64,000 nt of DNA from an uncultured Acidobacteriota bacterium (GCA_963805975.1 CAWDVR010000001.1:960001-1024000); one strand, 5' to 3'. Shown: positions 9,067 through 21,518, counted from the first letter of the stretch. Program-made: numbers and translations. Notes: generated by a model not told the origin, from the letters alone.

Positions 9067-12000
9067 CTACTGCTGCATGATCCTCACGTCATCGATCCCG
9101 GCTTCCACCAGGCTCGCAGTCGAGGCGTCCGCCGCTTCGATGCGGATGCGGACGGTCTGCCCCGCGAACGAGCTGATGTTGGCCGAGGTCGAGGCCCAAA
9201 CTGCGTCGTCGTCGTTGGCCGCGCCCAGCTCCTGGAAGACCTGCGAGGTGGTGCTTCCCACCACGAAGACGCGCAGGAAGTCCGCGGAGGAAGAGTTCGT
9301 GCCGTGCGCCAGGTAGTAGGAGAACGAGAGCGTCAGCGTTCCGGAGGACGGCAGGGTGATCGGCGGCGACTGGATCGTGGTCACCCCGCCGTCGATATCG
9401 AAGTCGCCCGCTCCCGTACCGGCCAGCCGGCCGGTCACCAGGTCATTCACACCGCTGACCGTGGTCCCGAGCTGCTTGGTGCCGCTCGAGGTCGTTGGTC
9501 TCCGGATCACCGCGCTCCCACTGGCCCGTGGTCGCCGTGTCCGTGCTGTTCGGGTTGGTGGTCCAGCCCTGGCTGGCCTCGAAGTTGTCGAAGAACACGG
9601 TCACCGGGCCCGGGGGCGAGACGGTGAGCGCGATGGCCTGGGTGCGGGTGAGCGCGCCGCTCACTCCCTGGGCGGTGAAGTTGTAGCTGCCCGGGGTCAC
9701 GGAGCCGGCTACCGACACGGTGAGCGCGCTGGTGGTGCTGCCGCCACCAGGCGGGGTCGCCGGGTTGGGTGCGAAGCCGCAGGTGACGCCGCTCGGCAGG
9801 CCCGTGCAGGAGAGCGAGACGGCGCTGTTGAAGCCGTTGATCGAGGTCACCGTGCAGGTGCTCCCGGCGCTGCCGCCCTGGTTCGCGGTGAGGCTCGAGG
9901 GGCTGCAGGAGAGGGAGAAGTCCGGGGTCGTCGAAGCCGCCGGGGTGGCGTTGGCGCAGTTGCTCACCCGGGTGTAGCAGGCCGTGGAGCTGCCCTGCGC
10001 CACCACGTTGTAGTAGTACTCGCGGCCGTTGGCCACGGAGGTGTCCACGAAGCTCGTGCCGGTGATGTCCGCGATGCGCGCCTTGCCATAGTTGCAGCCG
10101 GCGTGCCCTTCGCTGCGGAACACCCAGTAGCGGGAGGCGCCCGCCACCGTGTTCCAGGAGGTGGAGACCTGGCTGTCACCCGGCGTCACGCTCAGCGTGG
10201 GCGCCGTGGTGGGGCCGCTCGCGCAGCCGCTGTTGCCTGCCGTGGGCGTCGAGCAGGCGATGTTGTGGCGGCTGAAGGCGGCGCGGATCGCCGTGATGTG
10301 CGGCGTGCCATCCGTGAGGTTGCCGTTGTCGTCGTCGGCGGTCAGCCACTGCATGTAGGCGTTGGTGGCGCCGCAGCCGCCGGAGGTGGAGGGGCAGGTG
10401 CAGGTGTACCAGGAGCCGATGTTGCCGCTCCCGAGGTAGAAGAGACGGTTGCCGGTCAGGAAGGCCGACTGGCTGTCGAGGCTGAAGGGCGCGGCCTGGA
10501 GGTCGCGCGCCACGAGGTCCCAGGCTGCCTGCCGCGGAGGCGCCGCCGAGCAATGCACCTGCCGGCCGCAGGGGCCGCTGCCGGTGAGGCACGAGCCGCA
10601 GACGAAGTTCGCCGGCGTGTCCGGCGTGTGGTTGGCGTGCTTGTCCCAGTCGGCGTCGCGCACGCCCGAGCAGTCGAGGTCGCAGTGGGCGGCGCCGGTC
10701 TGCGCCTCGTTGGAGTTGAAGCCGGTGCCGTCGGCGGTCTGGCCGCAGCCGTCGTTGACCGTCTGGTAGAAGCCGTGGCCGACGCAGGAGGTCTGGAGGC
10801 GGAAGATCGCCGCGATGTCGGCGTAGGCCTCGGAGGAGTTGGACAGCGAGCCGCCGGCGTCGTTGTCGTCCAGGCCGTGGCCCCACTCGTGGTCGAACAC
10901 CCCGGCCAGCTCGCCGGTGTTGCGGCAGCCGCCGCCGGAGCGGAAGAAGTTGACCGCCGAGAAGTCCCAGTAGGCGTTGCAGGTCTGGTTGAGATTGACG
11001 CGGGTGGTCAGCCGGCTCTGCAGCCAGGTGTTGGTGGGCAGCCAGCCGCGCGCCAGCTCGGCGATCTTGTTGATCTCGTAGAAGGCCGAGCGCGAGGCCG
11101 GGGTGTTGCCCGCGGAGCCGCCGCCGGTCGTGCAGTCGTGCTGGTTGTTGCTGCCGCCGAGGTTGATGTTGCCGGTGGTCGAGCTGTTGGTCACCGTGCC
11201 GCAGGTGTCGACGATGTCCACGTAGCGGCCGGTGAGCGTGGTGGTCGTGGTGCCGCTCGTCCAGTTGAAGATGCCGGCCGAGTCCGTGAAGTTGTTGGGG
11301 GAGGCGAGGCCGGTGTCGGCATAGGGCATCGGCCAGCCGCTCTGCAGGGTGCCGCAGGTCTGGGGCGTGGGGCAGATGCCGGTATCCGTCAACGGGTAGA
11401 CGCCGCCGCTCACCTGCCGGTCGGCGTACTGGTTGAGGTCCTGGAAGGCGATGAGCTCGCCGGAGACGCCGTCCACCATCGCTTCCCAGGTCCCCATGTC
11501 GGGCGGGCGTACGAAGGCGAAGGTCCACACCAGGCGATGGCCGTAGCCCTGGCCCAGCGGGCCGGCGAAGGCTTCGCCGGCCTGGTGCTCGGGGGGTGCC
11601 ACGGGCACCACTTCGAGCGCCGGCTGGCGCACGATCTGGTCGCTCGACAGCCGGCCGCCGATGTAGGCGAATCCCACCTCGAGCGCCTTGGCGGCGCTGA
11701 TGCTCGCCACCCGCGGCAGGCGGGCGACGTGGCCCCAGGTCTCGGTGCCGATCACCACCAGATTGCCGTGGCTGATCGACGCGGCGAGGCGCCCGTGGCG
11801 CACCGGGATGCCCTGGAAGATCTGCGGGATGCTCACCTGCCAGAGGCCCGGCGAGACTTCCTCGGCCCGCACCTCGCCCAGCTGGGCGAGGTCGACGCCG
11901 AGCACCGCCTGCTGGCGGCGGATGAAGGCGACGACGGCATCCGCCACCACCGCGCGGTCCACCTTGCGCACCTCGGCCCCGAGGCTCGCGGAGAGATCTT

Positions 12001-12355
12001 CGAGGGTCAGGCGGTTGCCGACGCCGTCACCGGGGATCAAGGGAAAGGCGCCCAGGACGTTCGTGGCTGCGCCGGAGCGGGGGTCGATGAAACCCTGGAC
12101 GGGGCCCGAGGCGGCGGTCTCGGCGCTGGCTCGAAGGCCTTCCCACGCGGCGCGGTTCGGCAGCTCCGCGAGCACCTCGTCCACGGGAACCTGGGAAGAG
12201 CTGATGTAAAGCTCGGGCAGGAAGAACTCGAAGGCTGCGAGCGGAGCTCCCTCGCGCTTGGGCTCCAACGCCTGGAGCCCGGCTGCCGCTACGAGGCCCA
12301 GCAGCGCCGCGCAGACCCATCCGATTGGCAAGGCGTGCATTCGAGATAACCGCAT
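9067..12355 (-). CDS. Secreted zinc metalloprotease (M4/M36-like) with propeptide, Fn3/Ig-like and C-terminal beta-sandwich domains; +1 frameshift at ~9496
   Basis: Signal peptide, HEWGH plus downstream SEAYAD. Removing one A at 9495-9496 joins WERGDPET to TTSSGTKQLG of ORF 9067-9510. Confidence 0.8.
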
Positions 12356-12553
12356 ACCAGCAAATCCTCCTTACCCCCGCGATCGTCTCGCAGGGCTACT
12401 GGCCGGGAGTCCATCTCACGGCCCGACCCGCGGGCGCAGGCGAGAGCCCCGCCCGTCAACGACAGTCAGGAACGAGGGGAAAGCTACGCGAGAAAGCCTG
12501 GACCAATTATGGGACCGACGGTGGGGAAACTCAATCCTCCGGCGGGAGGAGTT

Positions 12554-13528
12554 TCACGCCTTCCGCTGCATCCACAGCGACCCGAAGTGGGTGTCGAAGT
12601 CCTCGCGATCGACCGGGCGGTAGCCGGGGAGGGTGCCGGCGAGGAAAGGCTCGTCGTGGTAGCGGAGGAGAGGCGCCGAGAGCAGGATCTCGAAGTCGCT
12701 GTTGAAGGCCAGGAAGGCCTGGAGGAGCATGGACTCGGTCCAGAACGAGGGCCAGCGGCCGTCGAGCACGTAGCGCTCAGCCGGGTAGGGCACGTTCCAC
12801 GGGAAGTGCACGTCGTGCACGTGGACGAGCACTCCCGGCGCGAGCCGCGGGACGACTTCCAGGAAGAGGAAGGGCACGTCGCCGTCGAGCTTCACCACGT
12901 GGGTCGAGTCGATGAACAGCAGGTCGCCCGCTCCCAGCTCCGCGAACGTCTCGAACCCGATGTCCTGCACCTCGCGCGGGATCACCTCTCCGCCCGGCAA
13001 CTGCTGCAGCCCGGGGTAGGGGAAGGGGTCGATCGAGGTGAGGCGGAACGGGTGGCCCTCGCGCAGGTTCTCGGCACCGGCGCGCCGCAGGTAGTACGTC
13101 GAGAGCCCCGAGCCGACCTCGATCACCCGCCGCGGTCTGGTGTCGCGGAGCATCAGGTAGAGGACCAGGGCGTCCACTTCAGTAAAGCCCGGACCGTAGC
13201 CCGCCTTCTTGGCTTCCGGGAAGGGCGGCAGCGCAGCCCAGCCGGCCGCGTGCGAGCGCACCAGCGCGGTCAACCGGCGCTGCATGGCCTCGAGGTCGTA
13301 GTCGACCCCCACCAAAGCGCTCGGCCGGTTCCAGCGCGCGGCATTCCGTTCCAGGGAGGCCACGAGAGGCAGGGGCGAGTAGAAGTCGGAGCTCTTGGCG
13401 ACGTTCAACCCGAGCGCGGCGAGCGCCTTGGTCAAACGACGGAAGGCACTCCAATAGGCACGCTTGAGCGCACTTCGCTGGCGGCGTGCAGGCGCGGGGC
13501 CTGCCGTCGCGGTCGTCGGAGAGGTCAT
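12554..13528 (-). CDS. Class I SAM-dependent methyltransferase (Methyltransf_24-like)
   Basis: VIEVGSGLST, LFIDSTH, VHVHD motifs. Confidence 0.85.
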   Translation of the reverse strand: MTSPTTATAGPAPARRQRSALKRAYWSAFRRLTKALAALGLNVAKSSDFYSPLPLVASLERNAARWNRPSALVGVDYDLEAMQRRLTALVRSHAAGWAALPPFPEAKKAGYGPGFTEVDALVLYLMLRDTRPRRVIEVGSGLSTYYLRRAGAENLREGHPFRLTSIDPFPYPGLQQLPGGEVIPREVQDIGFETFAELGAGDLLFIDSTHVVKLDGDVPFLFLEVVPRLAPGVLVHVHDVHFPWNVPYPAERYVLDGRWPSFWTESMLLQAFLAFNSDFEILLSAPLLRYHDEPFLAGTLPGYRPVDREDFDTHFGSLWMQRKA

Positions 13529-13541
13529 CGTGGGCAGGAGT

Positions 13542-16448
13542 CTATGGGTTCGCGGGAATCGCGACGGTGTCGCCGACGCTCGCGAAGTGGTTGGGCGGGT
13601 TGCGATAGGTCTTCCGGAAGCCGGTGACGGTGTCGGTCACCCGGATCTCGTAGCGGACGTTGGAGAGCGCGCCGTAGAACACCCAATAGTGCCCGTTGAG
13701 CGGGGTGCCGTCCAGCACTTTCAGGACCACCTCCACGTTGGCGGGGTTCAGAAAGTAGAAGTAGCCGGTGTCGACGGTCAAGGGCACGGCCCTCCCGGCA
13801 CTCGGATTGCCCTGGGGATCGGTCCAGGTCATCTCGACCTGGAAGCGCCCCTGGTTGAGGCAGAGCCGAGTGGGCGACGGGGTGCAGGAGCCCTTCTCGA
13901 ACCCTGAGAGGTCGACCACCCAGTCCTCGGAGCCGTCGGCAGCGGGAGCTTCTTTAGCTTCGAGGCTCGCCGGCGCGACACCCCCGGCGCCGGCAGGGAA
14001 GGCAACGGTGTCGCCCACGCTCGCGAAGTGGTTGGCGGGATTGGTGTAGATGCGCAGAAAGCCCGTCGTGGTGTCGAGCCCGCGAAGCTCGTACTCGACG
14101 TTCGAGAGCGCGCCGTAGAACAACCAGAAGTGCCCGTTGAGGCCGGTCGCGTTCAGAACCTTGGTCACCAGCTCGACGTTGGCGGGCTTGAAAAAGTAGA
14201 AGTAGCCCGTGTCGGCGGTCAGGGGCACGGCCTGGCCGATCCCGGTGCGACCCTGGAAGTCCCGCCAGCCCACGTCGAGGAGGAAGCGCCCGCCGCCGAG
14301 ACAGAGGCTTCCCCGGGTGCTGCACGACTCGGGCCCCAGGCTGTCCTCGCCCGCCGTGGCCGAGCCCACCTGCAGGCGGAAGGTCTTCGCCTGGCGGACC
14401 TCGACCAAGCCGCTCCGCGCCCCGACAGCCTGGCCGTCGAAGGTCGCGGAGCCACCGCTCCAGGCGAACCCCGCGAAAGCCCTGGCCGGGCCCTCGACCC
14501 CGAAGCGCGACAGCCGCTGCGGGGCGACCCGCACCCGACCGGAGGCCGGCGCGCTCCCCAGGGCCTGGTTCCCGACCTGGCTCTTGTCCACCGCCGAGGC
14601 GCCGCTGTGGTGCACCACGAGGCTGTTGAGGCCCGAGGCGGAGAGGCCGTTCGGTGCCGCCAGGTTGTTGACGTAGACGCTCCCTCCGAACGACTGGGAG
14701 AAGAAGCGGTTGCCGTCGTAGCGCAGGCGATTGAACGGCGGGGTGGAGCGGTCGAAGTCGAAGATCGGTACGCCCACGTTGTGCGCAAAGAGGTTGTTGG
14801 AGATCACGCCCTCGACGTCGGCCGTGCCGGTGGGCGGCGGATCGAGGCGCGGCAGGCTGAAGATCGCCGCGCCGCGTGACTGGGCGACGGGCTCCGAGGC
14901 TCCCGGGCTCACCTCGTTGGCGATGAACGCCGAGCCCGAGACGTCGGCTCGCGAGCCGTTGACGAACAGCCCGCCGCCGCGGAAGGCGGTGTTGCCGGCG
15001 AAAGAGGTGTCGGTGATGCGGGCCGCCGAGTCGAGCAGCAGCGCGATCCCCCCTCCGCCTCCCGCCGAACCGTGGAGCGAATCCGATTGCAGGACCAGCG
15101 AGCCCGAGAGCGTCAGGTCCGCGAGCAGGAGAGAGAGCGCACCGCCGAAGGCGCCGGTGCCGCTCGCATCGGGCGCCACGTCGCAGTCGAAGAAGATCGA
15201 GTCCGTGAGCACCACCCGCAGCCGGTTCTCGGCCACGCTGCCGGCGGGGGGGACTCCGTTCTGACCGAGATGGCGGTTGATGTCGCCGCCGACCGCCACG
15301 CAGCCGCCGTTGCGAGCCGTGGGGCCGGCGCCGCCGAACCTGCCCTGGAAGAGGGTGCGCACCGCGGTCAGCTCGCCGGCGCGCCGGTTGATGGCCCCGA
15401 AGTCGGTCGTGGAGTCGACGCCGTCCGCCGCCGTCAGGCAGATCGCGCCGCCGATCGGCACTACCGGGCTCGCGGCTGCGGCCACGTTGCCCTGGAACAC
15501 GGAGTCGGCGATCTCGACGATCGTCCGGTGGCCGTTGATGGCGCCGCCCTGCTGGGCCCGGTTGCCGGCGAAGCGCGAGCCGAAAATGCGCAGCGTGGCC
15601 TGGTCCTCGACGTGGATGGCGCCGCCGACGGAAGCGCCTGCCGCGGCCGTGGCGGCAGCGGCATTGCCTTCGAAGGTGGAATTCGAGATCGAGATCTCCG
15701 CGGCCGGCCGCCGCACGTCCGCGGTCCACACGCCGAAGCCGAAGATCGCGCCGCCCGCCAGCGCCGCCTGATTGTTGGTGAAATGCGATTCGGAGACCGC
15801 GAGGCGGCCATCGACGAGCGCGATCGCCCCACCGGCCGCCACCGGGTCGTGGCCCGGCAGGTTGACCCGGTTGCCGTCGAACCGGCCGTCGTGGACGTAG
15901 ACCGTGGAGGAAAAGATTTCCAGCGCCCCGCCGCGATCGGTAGCGGTGTTGCCCACGAAGACGGAGCCGGTGAAGACTGCCAGCGAGCGGTTGTGAATCA
16001 GCACCGCACCGCCGGCGGTCGAGGAAAAATTCTGCTCGAACCTGCAACTCGCGAAGGCCGCATCGGCCGCCATCAGGGTGACGGCGCCACCGACGCTCTG
16101 CTGGTTCGAGGCCCCGTTGCGGAAGGTCAGCCCGCGGAAGAAGACCCGCCTGCCGCGCGAGGGGTTGGAGTTCTCGAAGCGCAGAATGGGATGGGCCCCT
16201 TCACCCTCGAGCGCTACCACCGCGCCCGGCGCGGCCCGGACGGTGAAGCTCTTGCCCAAGTTGCTGATTCGAAAGGCGTTCGGTGGCGCGGCATAGCTAC
16301 CGGCGGCGAGCTGGATCACGCCGCCGTTGGCCACCTGTTGGATCGCCTGTTGGAGGTTCCCGACGTCCTGCGGTACGCGCAGCACCTGGGCCCGGGCCGG
16401 TGCGGCGCAGAGCAGGCCCAGCGCAAGAAGTCGAAGCAGTACGGTCAC
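13542..16448 (-). CDS. Secreted right-handed beta-helix protein with two copies of a C-terminal repeat domain
   Basis: Signal peptide. Repeated FxxN...GGA(I/L/V) motifs (Pmp-like). Duplicated 'CL..GRF..W.D..G..AVPLT.DTGYFYF..P.NVE..KVL..NGH.W.FYGALSNV.Y' domain. Confidence 0.75.
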   Translation of the reverse strand: MTVLLRLLALGLLCAAPARAQVLRVPQDVGNLQQAIQQVANGGVIQLAAGSYAAPPNAFRISNLGKSFTVRAAPGAVVALEGEGAHPILRFENSNPSRGRRVFFRGLTFRNGASNQQSVGGAVTLMAADAAFASCRFEQNFSSTAGGAVLIHNRSLAVFTGSVFVGNTATDRGGALEIFSSTVYVHDGRFDGNRVNLPGHDPVAAGGAIALVDGRLAVSESHFTNNQAALAGGAIFGFGVWTADVRRPAAEISISNSTFEGNAAAATAAAGASVGGAIHVEDQATLRIFGSRFAGNRAQQGGAINGHRTIVEIADSVFQGNVAAAASPVVPIGGAICLTAADGVDSTTDFGAINRRAGELTAVRTLFQGRFGGAGPTARNGGCVAVGGDINRHLGQNGVPPAGSVAENRLRVVLTDSIFFDCDVAPDASGTGAFGGALSLLLADLTLSGSLVLQSDSLHGSAGGGGGIALLLDSAARITDTSFAGNTAFRGGGLFVNGSRADVSGSAFIANEVSPGASEPVAQSRGAAIFSLPRLDPPPTGTADVEGVISNNLFAHNVGVPIFDFDRSTPPFNRLRYDGNRFFSQSFGGSVYVNNLAAPNGLSASGLNSLVVHHSGASAVDKSQVGNQALGSAPASGRVRVAPQRLSRFGVEGPARAFAGFAWSGGSATFDGQAVGARSGLVEVRQAKTFRLQVGSATAGEDSLGPESCSTRGSLCLGGGRFLLDVGWRDFQGRTGIGQAVPLTADTGYFYFFKPANVELVTKVLNATGLNGHFWLFYGALSNVEYELRGLDTTTGFLRIYTNPANHFASVGDTVAFPAGAGGVAPASLEAKEAPAADGSEDWVVDLSGFEKGSCTPSPTRLCLNQGRFQVEMTWTDPQGNPSAGRAVPLTVDTGYFYFLNPANVEVVLKVLDGTPLNGHYWVFYGALSNVRYEIRVTDTVTGFRKTYRNPPNHFASVGDTVAIPANP

Positions 16449-16533
16449 GGTCTTCAGTGTGCTCTCCTCGGTGTCGCGCCGGTATCGGCGGCGCAGACCG
16501 CGTGGAAACCATGCGAAGACCGGGCCAGATAGC

Positions 16534-18291
16534 CTAGCGGCCCGGCCGGAGCCCCAGGATCAGCCCTATCAGAGCCAGCGCCGCGGCCGGGATCCACAGC
16601 GCTTTCGAAGCGAGCACCGCCGCGCCCACGATGCAGAAGCCCGCGAACACCGTGCCGCGGATACCGCTGAAGGGGTTCTCCGCCGGGCGCCGCGTGGCCT
16701 GCTCGACGAGCTTCAGGCCCTCCGAGACCAGCATCGGCACCTTGGCCAGCGCGTCCACCACCTCGGGCGCCTCGCGCAGGCCCTCGCGCAGGAAGCGCAG
16801 CGGGCTGAACTGCTGCAGGAAGATCTTGTTGACGTGCTTCTGCGACACGGCGGCGACGTCGAAGCCGGGCTTCAGCACCTGGCCCACACCTTCGAAGGTC
16901 ACCAGCGCCTTGACCATCAGCACCATCTCCACGGGGAAGTACATGCGGTACTTGCCCGCCTTGCCGACCGACTCGAGGATGAGCTGGGCGAGCGAGAAGT
17001 CGGCGAAGTTGGCGGCGTGGCGCCAGCGGCGCGAGACGTCGGCCACCTCGCGGCGGAAGCCCACCGGGTCGGCGCCCGGCGCGGCGGTGGCGAGGGCCAT
17101 CAGGTAGCGGCTGGCGGTCTCGGCGTCGCCCATCACCAGCGAGTAGTAGTAGTACATCAGCGAGCGGCGGAGCTGGTCCTCGAAGCGCCCCACCATGCCG
17201 AGGTCGATGAAGCCGCAGCGCACGCCTCGGCCTGCAGTGGCGGGCAGCACGATGAGGTTGCCGGGATGGAGGTCGGCGTGAAAGAAGCCGTCCTGGTAGA
17301 GCATGCGGATGATCGCCGTGGCTCCCAGATCGACCAGCCGGTCCCGCTCGGCCTCCGAGAGCGCCAGGGCCCGCGGGTCGTTGGGCTTGAAGCCCTGGAA
17401 GAACTCCATGCACAGCACGCGGTCGCTCGAATAGCGGCGGTAGATCTTGGGAAAGACCACGTCCGGCAGATCCTTGAAGTTGGCGGAGAAGGTCTCGGCG
17501 TTGTCGCCTTCGAGACGCAGGTCCACCTCGCGCAGCGTGTAGTCCACGAACTCGCGGATCACGCGCTTGGGCTGGAAGCGCGAGAGGAAGATCTGCAGGA
17601 AGTTGCCGAACACCTTGAGCAGCACGGCGTCGCGCCGCAGCGTCTCGCGGATCAGCGGCTTGACCACCTTGAGGATCACCTCGTCGCCCTCGCGCGTGGT
17701 GGCGCGGTGGGTCTGGGCGATCGAGGCCGAGCCCAGGGGCATGGGGTCGACCCAGGAGAACATCTCGTCGATCGGCCGGTCGAGGCTGCCGGCGATGATC
17801 TCGAGATAGCGCGGGAACGGCACCACGGGCAGCCGGTCGAGGAGGTTCTTGAGCTCGGCGGTCACCGCGGCGGGTAGCAGGTCCTCGCGCAGCGCCAGCA
17901 CCTGCCCGAGCTTGATGTAAGTGGGCCCCAGGATCTCGAGGCGGCGGCGAAACTGGACCGGGAAGGGCAGGCGCGCGAGGCGACGCGACAGGAACGGCCG
18001 CAGCAGCAAGGCCCAGAGCTGGAGGACGCGGAAACGAAGACCCCGCCGCAGCTCGGGGGGACGGTCGCGCGCCGCCGTCACCAGCAGACCGAGCAGCATG
18101 CCCCCCAGGTGGCGCTGGGTGGTGAACAGGCGGCGTACGAGACCCGGCGGGCGGGTCTCGATCAGGATCTCCCAGGCGGGGTCGGGCGCGGGGAGCGGAG
18201 AGGCGGCGGGAGGCGGGGGAGGAAGGCCGGGTGCGAGCGGCGTCGGGGCTGGCGTCGAGCCCGCGGTCGTGACCTCGTTCACTTCCGGCAA
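16534..18291 (-). CDS. ABC1/AarF/UbiB family atypical kinase
   Basis: LGPTYIKLGQ, LGSASIAQTH, FFHADLHPGN, IDLGMVG. Confidence 0.92.
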   Translation of the reverse strand: MPEVNEVTTAGSTPAPTPLAPGLPPPPPAASPLPAPDPAWEILIETRPPGLVRRLFTTQRHLGGMLLGLLVTAARDRPPELRRGLRFRVLQLWALLLRPFLSRRLARLPFPVQFRRRLEILGPTYIKLGQVLALREDLLPAAVTAELKNLLDRLPVVPFPRYLEIIAGSLDRPIDEMFSWVDPMPLGSASIAQTHRATTREGDEVILKVVKPLIRETLRRDAVLLKVFGNFLQIFLSRFQPKRVIREFVDYTLREVDLRLEGDNAETFSANFKDLPDVVFPKIYRRYSSDRVLCMEFFQGFKPNDPRALALSEAERDRLVDLGATAIIRMLYQDGFFHADLHPGNLIVLPATAGRGVRCGFIDLGMVGRFEDQLRRSLMYYYYSLVMGDAETASRYLMALATAAPGADPVGFRREVADVSRRWRHAANFADFSLAQLILESVGKAGKYRMYFPVEMVLMVKALVTFEGVGQVLKPGFDVAAVSQKHVNKIFLQQFSPLRFLREGLREAPEVVDALAKVPMLVSEGLKLVEQATRRPAENPFSGIRGTVFAGFCIVGAAVLASKALWIPAAALALIGLILGLRPGR

Positions 18292-18381
18292 GCATAGCCC
18301 GGAAACGCCACAGAGCCTGGAAACAGCAGGGTCCTTCTGCTACCCTGCGCCCGGCTCCACCGGCTCCCACAAAGAGAAACC

Positions 18382-19716
<1,335 letters not shown>

Positions 19717-19755
19717 TTTCCGGCGCTGGTGTGAGGCGAGCCGACTACGGACTGC

Positions 19756-20544
19756 CTATAGCCCCAATTCCTCTGCCCAGTCGGGGATGATGCCGAGCGC
19801 CTTCGCAAAATCGGCTAGACGGATAGTTGACAAGATTTGGCCAGGCGGCACAGTTTTCTTCGTGAGGCAGAAACGGCTCCATGGTTCAAACGCAGGATTG
19901 ACGAGGCGAGCAAAGTAAGAGATGCCTATGTCTGCGCCGGAAGACTCTGAACCTGTGATCAGGTCACGCGGATCCACTCGCGCAGCAACCACAACGGCTT
20001 CGCCAATCGTCTCTAGCCTCCTGAGGAACCAGTGCTTGGGCTTGGGAGTCCACGGGCCGAAGGGCCAGTAGAGTGCTTCTCCGCCATAGTAAAGAAAAAA
20101 CTTCTGGGTACCCCAGGCAAGCACCTCCGGGCGCGAGTGAACAAAGTGTAGCGTTCCCTCTCTGCCCTTCACGTGCTGAGTGCCGTCTCGCCACTTCCGG
20201 AGGACCGGCTCGATCTCTTCGCGTTCCTGCTGGGTCAGAATGTTCTCGCGCAGCGTATATGCAAGGAATTCATCCACGTGCGCTTGCTGGTTCAGGACCC
20301 GCAGGCCCTCGGAAGCAATCTTCCCTGGAAATAGCTCCTTTGTGCAATGGTAGACAACGAGACCGTTTTCACGGACGTACCGTTCAATCTCAACGATCGC
20401 CGGTCGAAGCGCCCATGCGCTACGAATGTCCTCATACGACGAGTGCGCGCGAAAGAGTTGCTGCACTGCTGGCGCAGAGAGGGGCTCGCGGAGCGAGCTA
20501 GGCCATGTGGTGGGGGTGTCCACTTCCAGTGCTGAAAGGCGCAT
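19756..20544 (-). CDS. Hypothetical protein with lower GC and atypical codon usage
   Basis: 262-aa ORF in a visibly AT-richer stretch. Contains YHCTK...IASEGL. Confidence 0.65.
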   Translation of the reverse strand: MRLSALEVDTPTTWPSSLREPLSAPAVQQLFRAHSSYEDIRSAWALRPAIVEIERYVRENGLVVYHCTKELFPGKIASEGLRVLNQQAHVDEFLAYTLRENILTQQEREEIEPVLRKWRDGTQHVKGREGTLHFVHSRPEVLAWGTQKFFLYYGGEALYWPFGPWTPKPKHWFLRRLETIGEAVVVAARVDPRDLITGSESSGADIGISYFARLVNPAFEPWSRFCLTKKTVPPGQILSTIRLADFAKALGIIPDWAEELGL

Positions 20545-20583
20545 CGCGAGCCAAGCCTCACTGGGGCCGTCTTGGGTGATTCC

Positions 20584-20863
20584 TCATCTGGCTCCTTCTC
20601 GTCTCCGGGCGATGGCGTTGGTGCACTGCACAGAAACCCAAAGGATGAGCAGAAGCAGCACTGCGACGAGCGCCCAGGAGGGGTAGATGCCGGCGGTCAG
20701 GAAGAGGCTCAAGACGACGGTGAGCAGCCCGGTATTGAGCGTCTGCATCAGCACGACATACCTCATACCTCAGCTTCGAGTATCGAGGGACCAGCTTCAG
20801 CCAGCGCGCCACGATCGACACGACGATCGATACCGCCACGATCTCGAGCACGAACGCGAACAT
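20584..20863 (-). pseudogene. Small membrane protein, paralog of 22043-22342, disrupted by a 7-bp tandem duplication
   Basis: CATACCT occurs twice (20757-20770). Removing one copy gives an intact ~90-aa ORF (VSIVVSI..LKL.PRY..LR...AGIYPSW...W.SV.CT.AIARR) matching the paralog. Confidence 0.75.
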
Positions 20864-20922
20864 CGAAGACCTCCTACCTTCCGGGTCGGTCGGGATGCGC
20901 AGGCCACGGCCTGCCTACGAGC

Positions 20923-21240
20923 TCAGCGGCGAGATCCGAAGGGACGCGCCCCCTGGACTGAACGAGTCTGGCGCCCCTTGCGATACGCCTCCTTGCGGTC
21001 AGCAATCCGGACGACGATGACCACCAGGCGATCGTCCTCGATCGTGTAGACGATCCGGTAAGACCCCTGGCGTACCCGGTACAGCTCCGCCAGGCCCGAC
21101 AACTTGACACAGCCTGATGGCCGTGGTTCCTCGGCCAGCGCAAGGATTCGGTCGACAACCAGTTGCCGATCCTTCTTCCGCGGCAAGGCATCGAGCTCCT
21201 TCGCCGCCGCCGCAGTGATCTGCAGCTCATACCCGGCCAC
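20923..21240 (-). CDS. Type II toxin, RelE/ParE family
   Basis: Y.LQITAAAAKELDAL...PRPSGCVKLSG..LYRVRQGSYRIVYTI..LVVIVVRIADRKEAY. Confidence 0.92.
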   Translation of the reverse strand: MAGYELQITAAAAKELDALPRKKDRQLVVDRILALAEEPRPSGCVKLSGLAELYRVRQGSYRIVYTIEDDRLVVIVVRIADRKEAYRKGRQTRSVQGARPFGSRR

Positions 21241-21457
21241 GGCGCCGCAGGTCCTTGACGACCTCGTCGAAGCTCAGCACCGGCTCGCGGCGTCGCTGGG
21301 CGAATGCCTGGAGGTCGTCCGCGTCCTCGCCGAGGGCGAGCTCGACGGCTTCGTTGACCAGCTCCGAGATCGACCGATCTGTCGCGGCCGCCTTGAGCCG
21401 CAGGGTGCGGTGGATCTCCGGATCGAAGTAGACCGTGGCGCGCTTCGTGGGTTCCAT
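21227..21457 (-). CDS. Ribbon-helix-helix (CopG-like) antitoxin
   Basis: KRATVYFDPEIHRTLRLKAA..SISELVNEAV. Overlaps the toxin start. Confidence 0.85.
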   Translation of the reverse strand: MEPTKRATVYFDPEIHRTLRLKAAATDRSISELVNEAVELALGEDADDLQAFAQRRREPVLSFDEVVKDLRRRGRV

Positions 21458-21518
21458 GAGGCCCAGGGTGGCACTCTGGCGCCAAAACGTCAAGACGACT
21501 GGCGTGAGGCTCGGCCGC

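Noticed and set aside
9356-12349. 997-aa plus-strand ORF
   Set aside because: Antisense shadow of the metalloprotease gene, typical of high-GC DNA, with no motifs.
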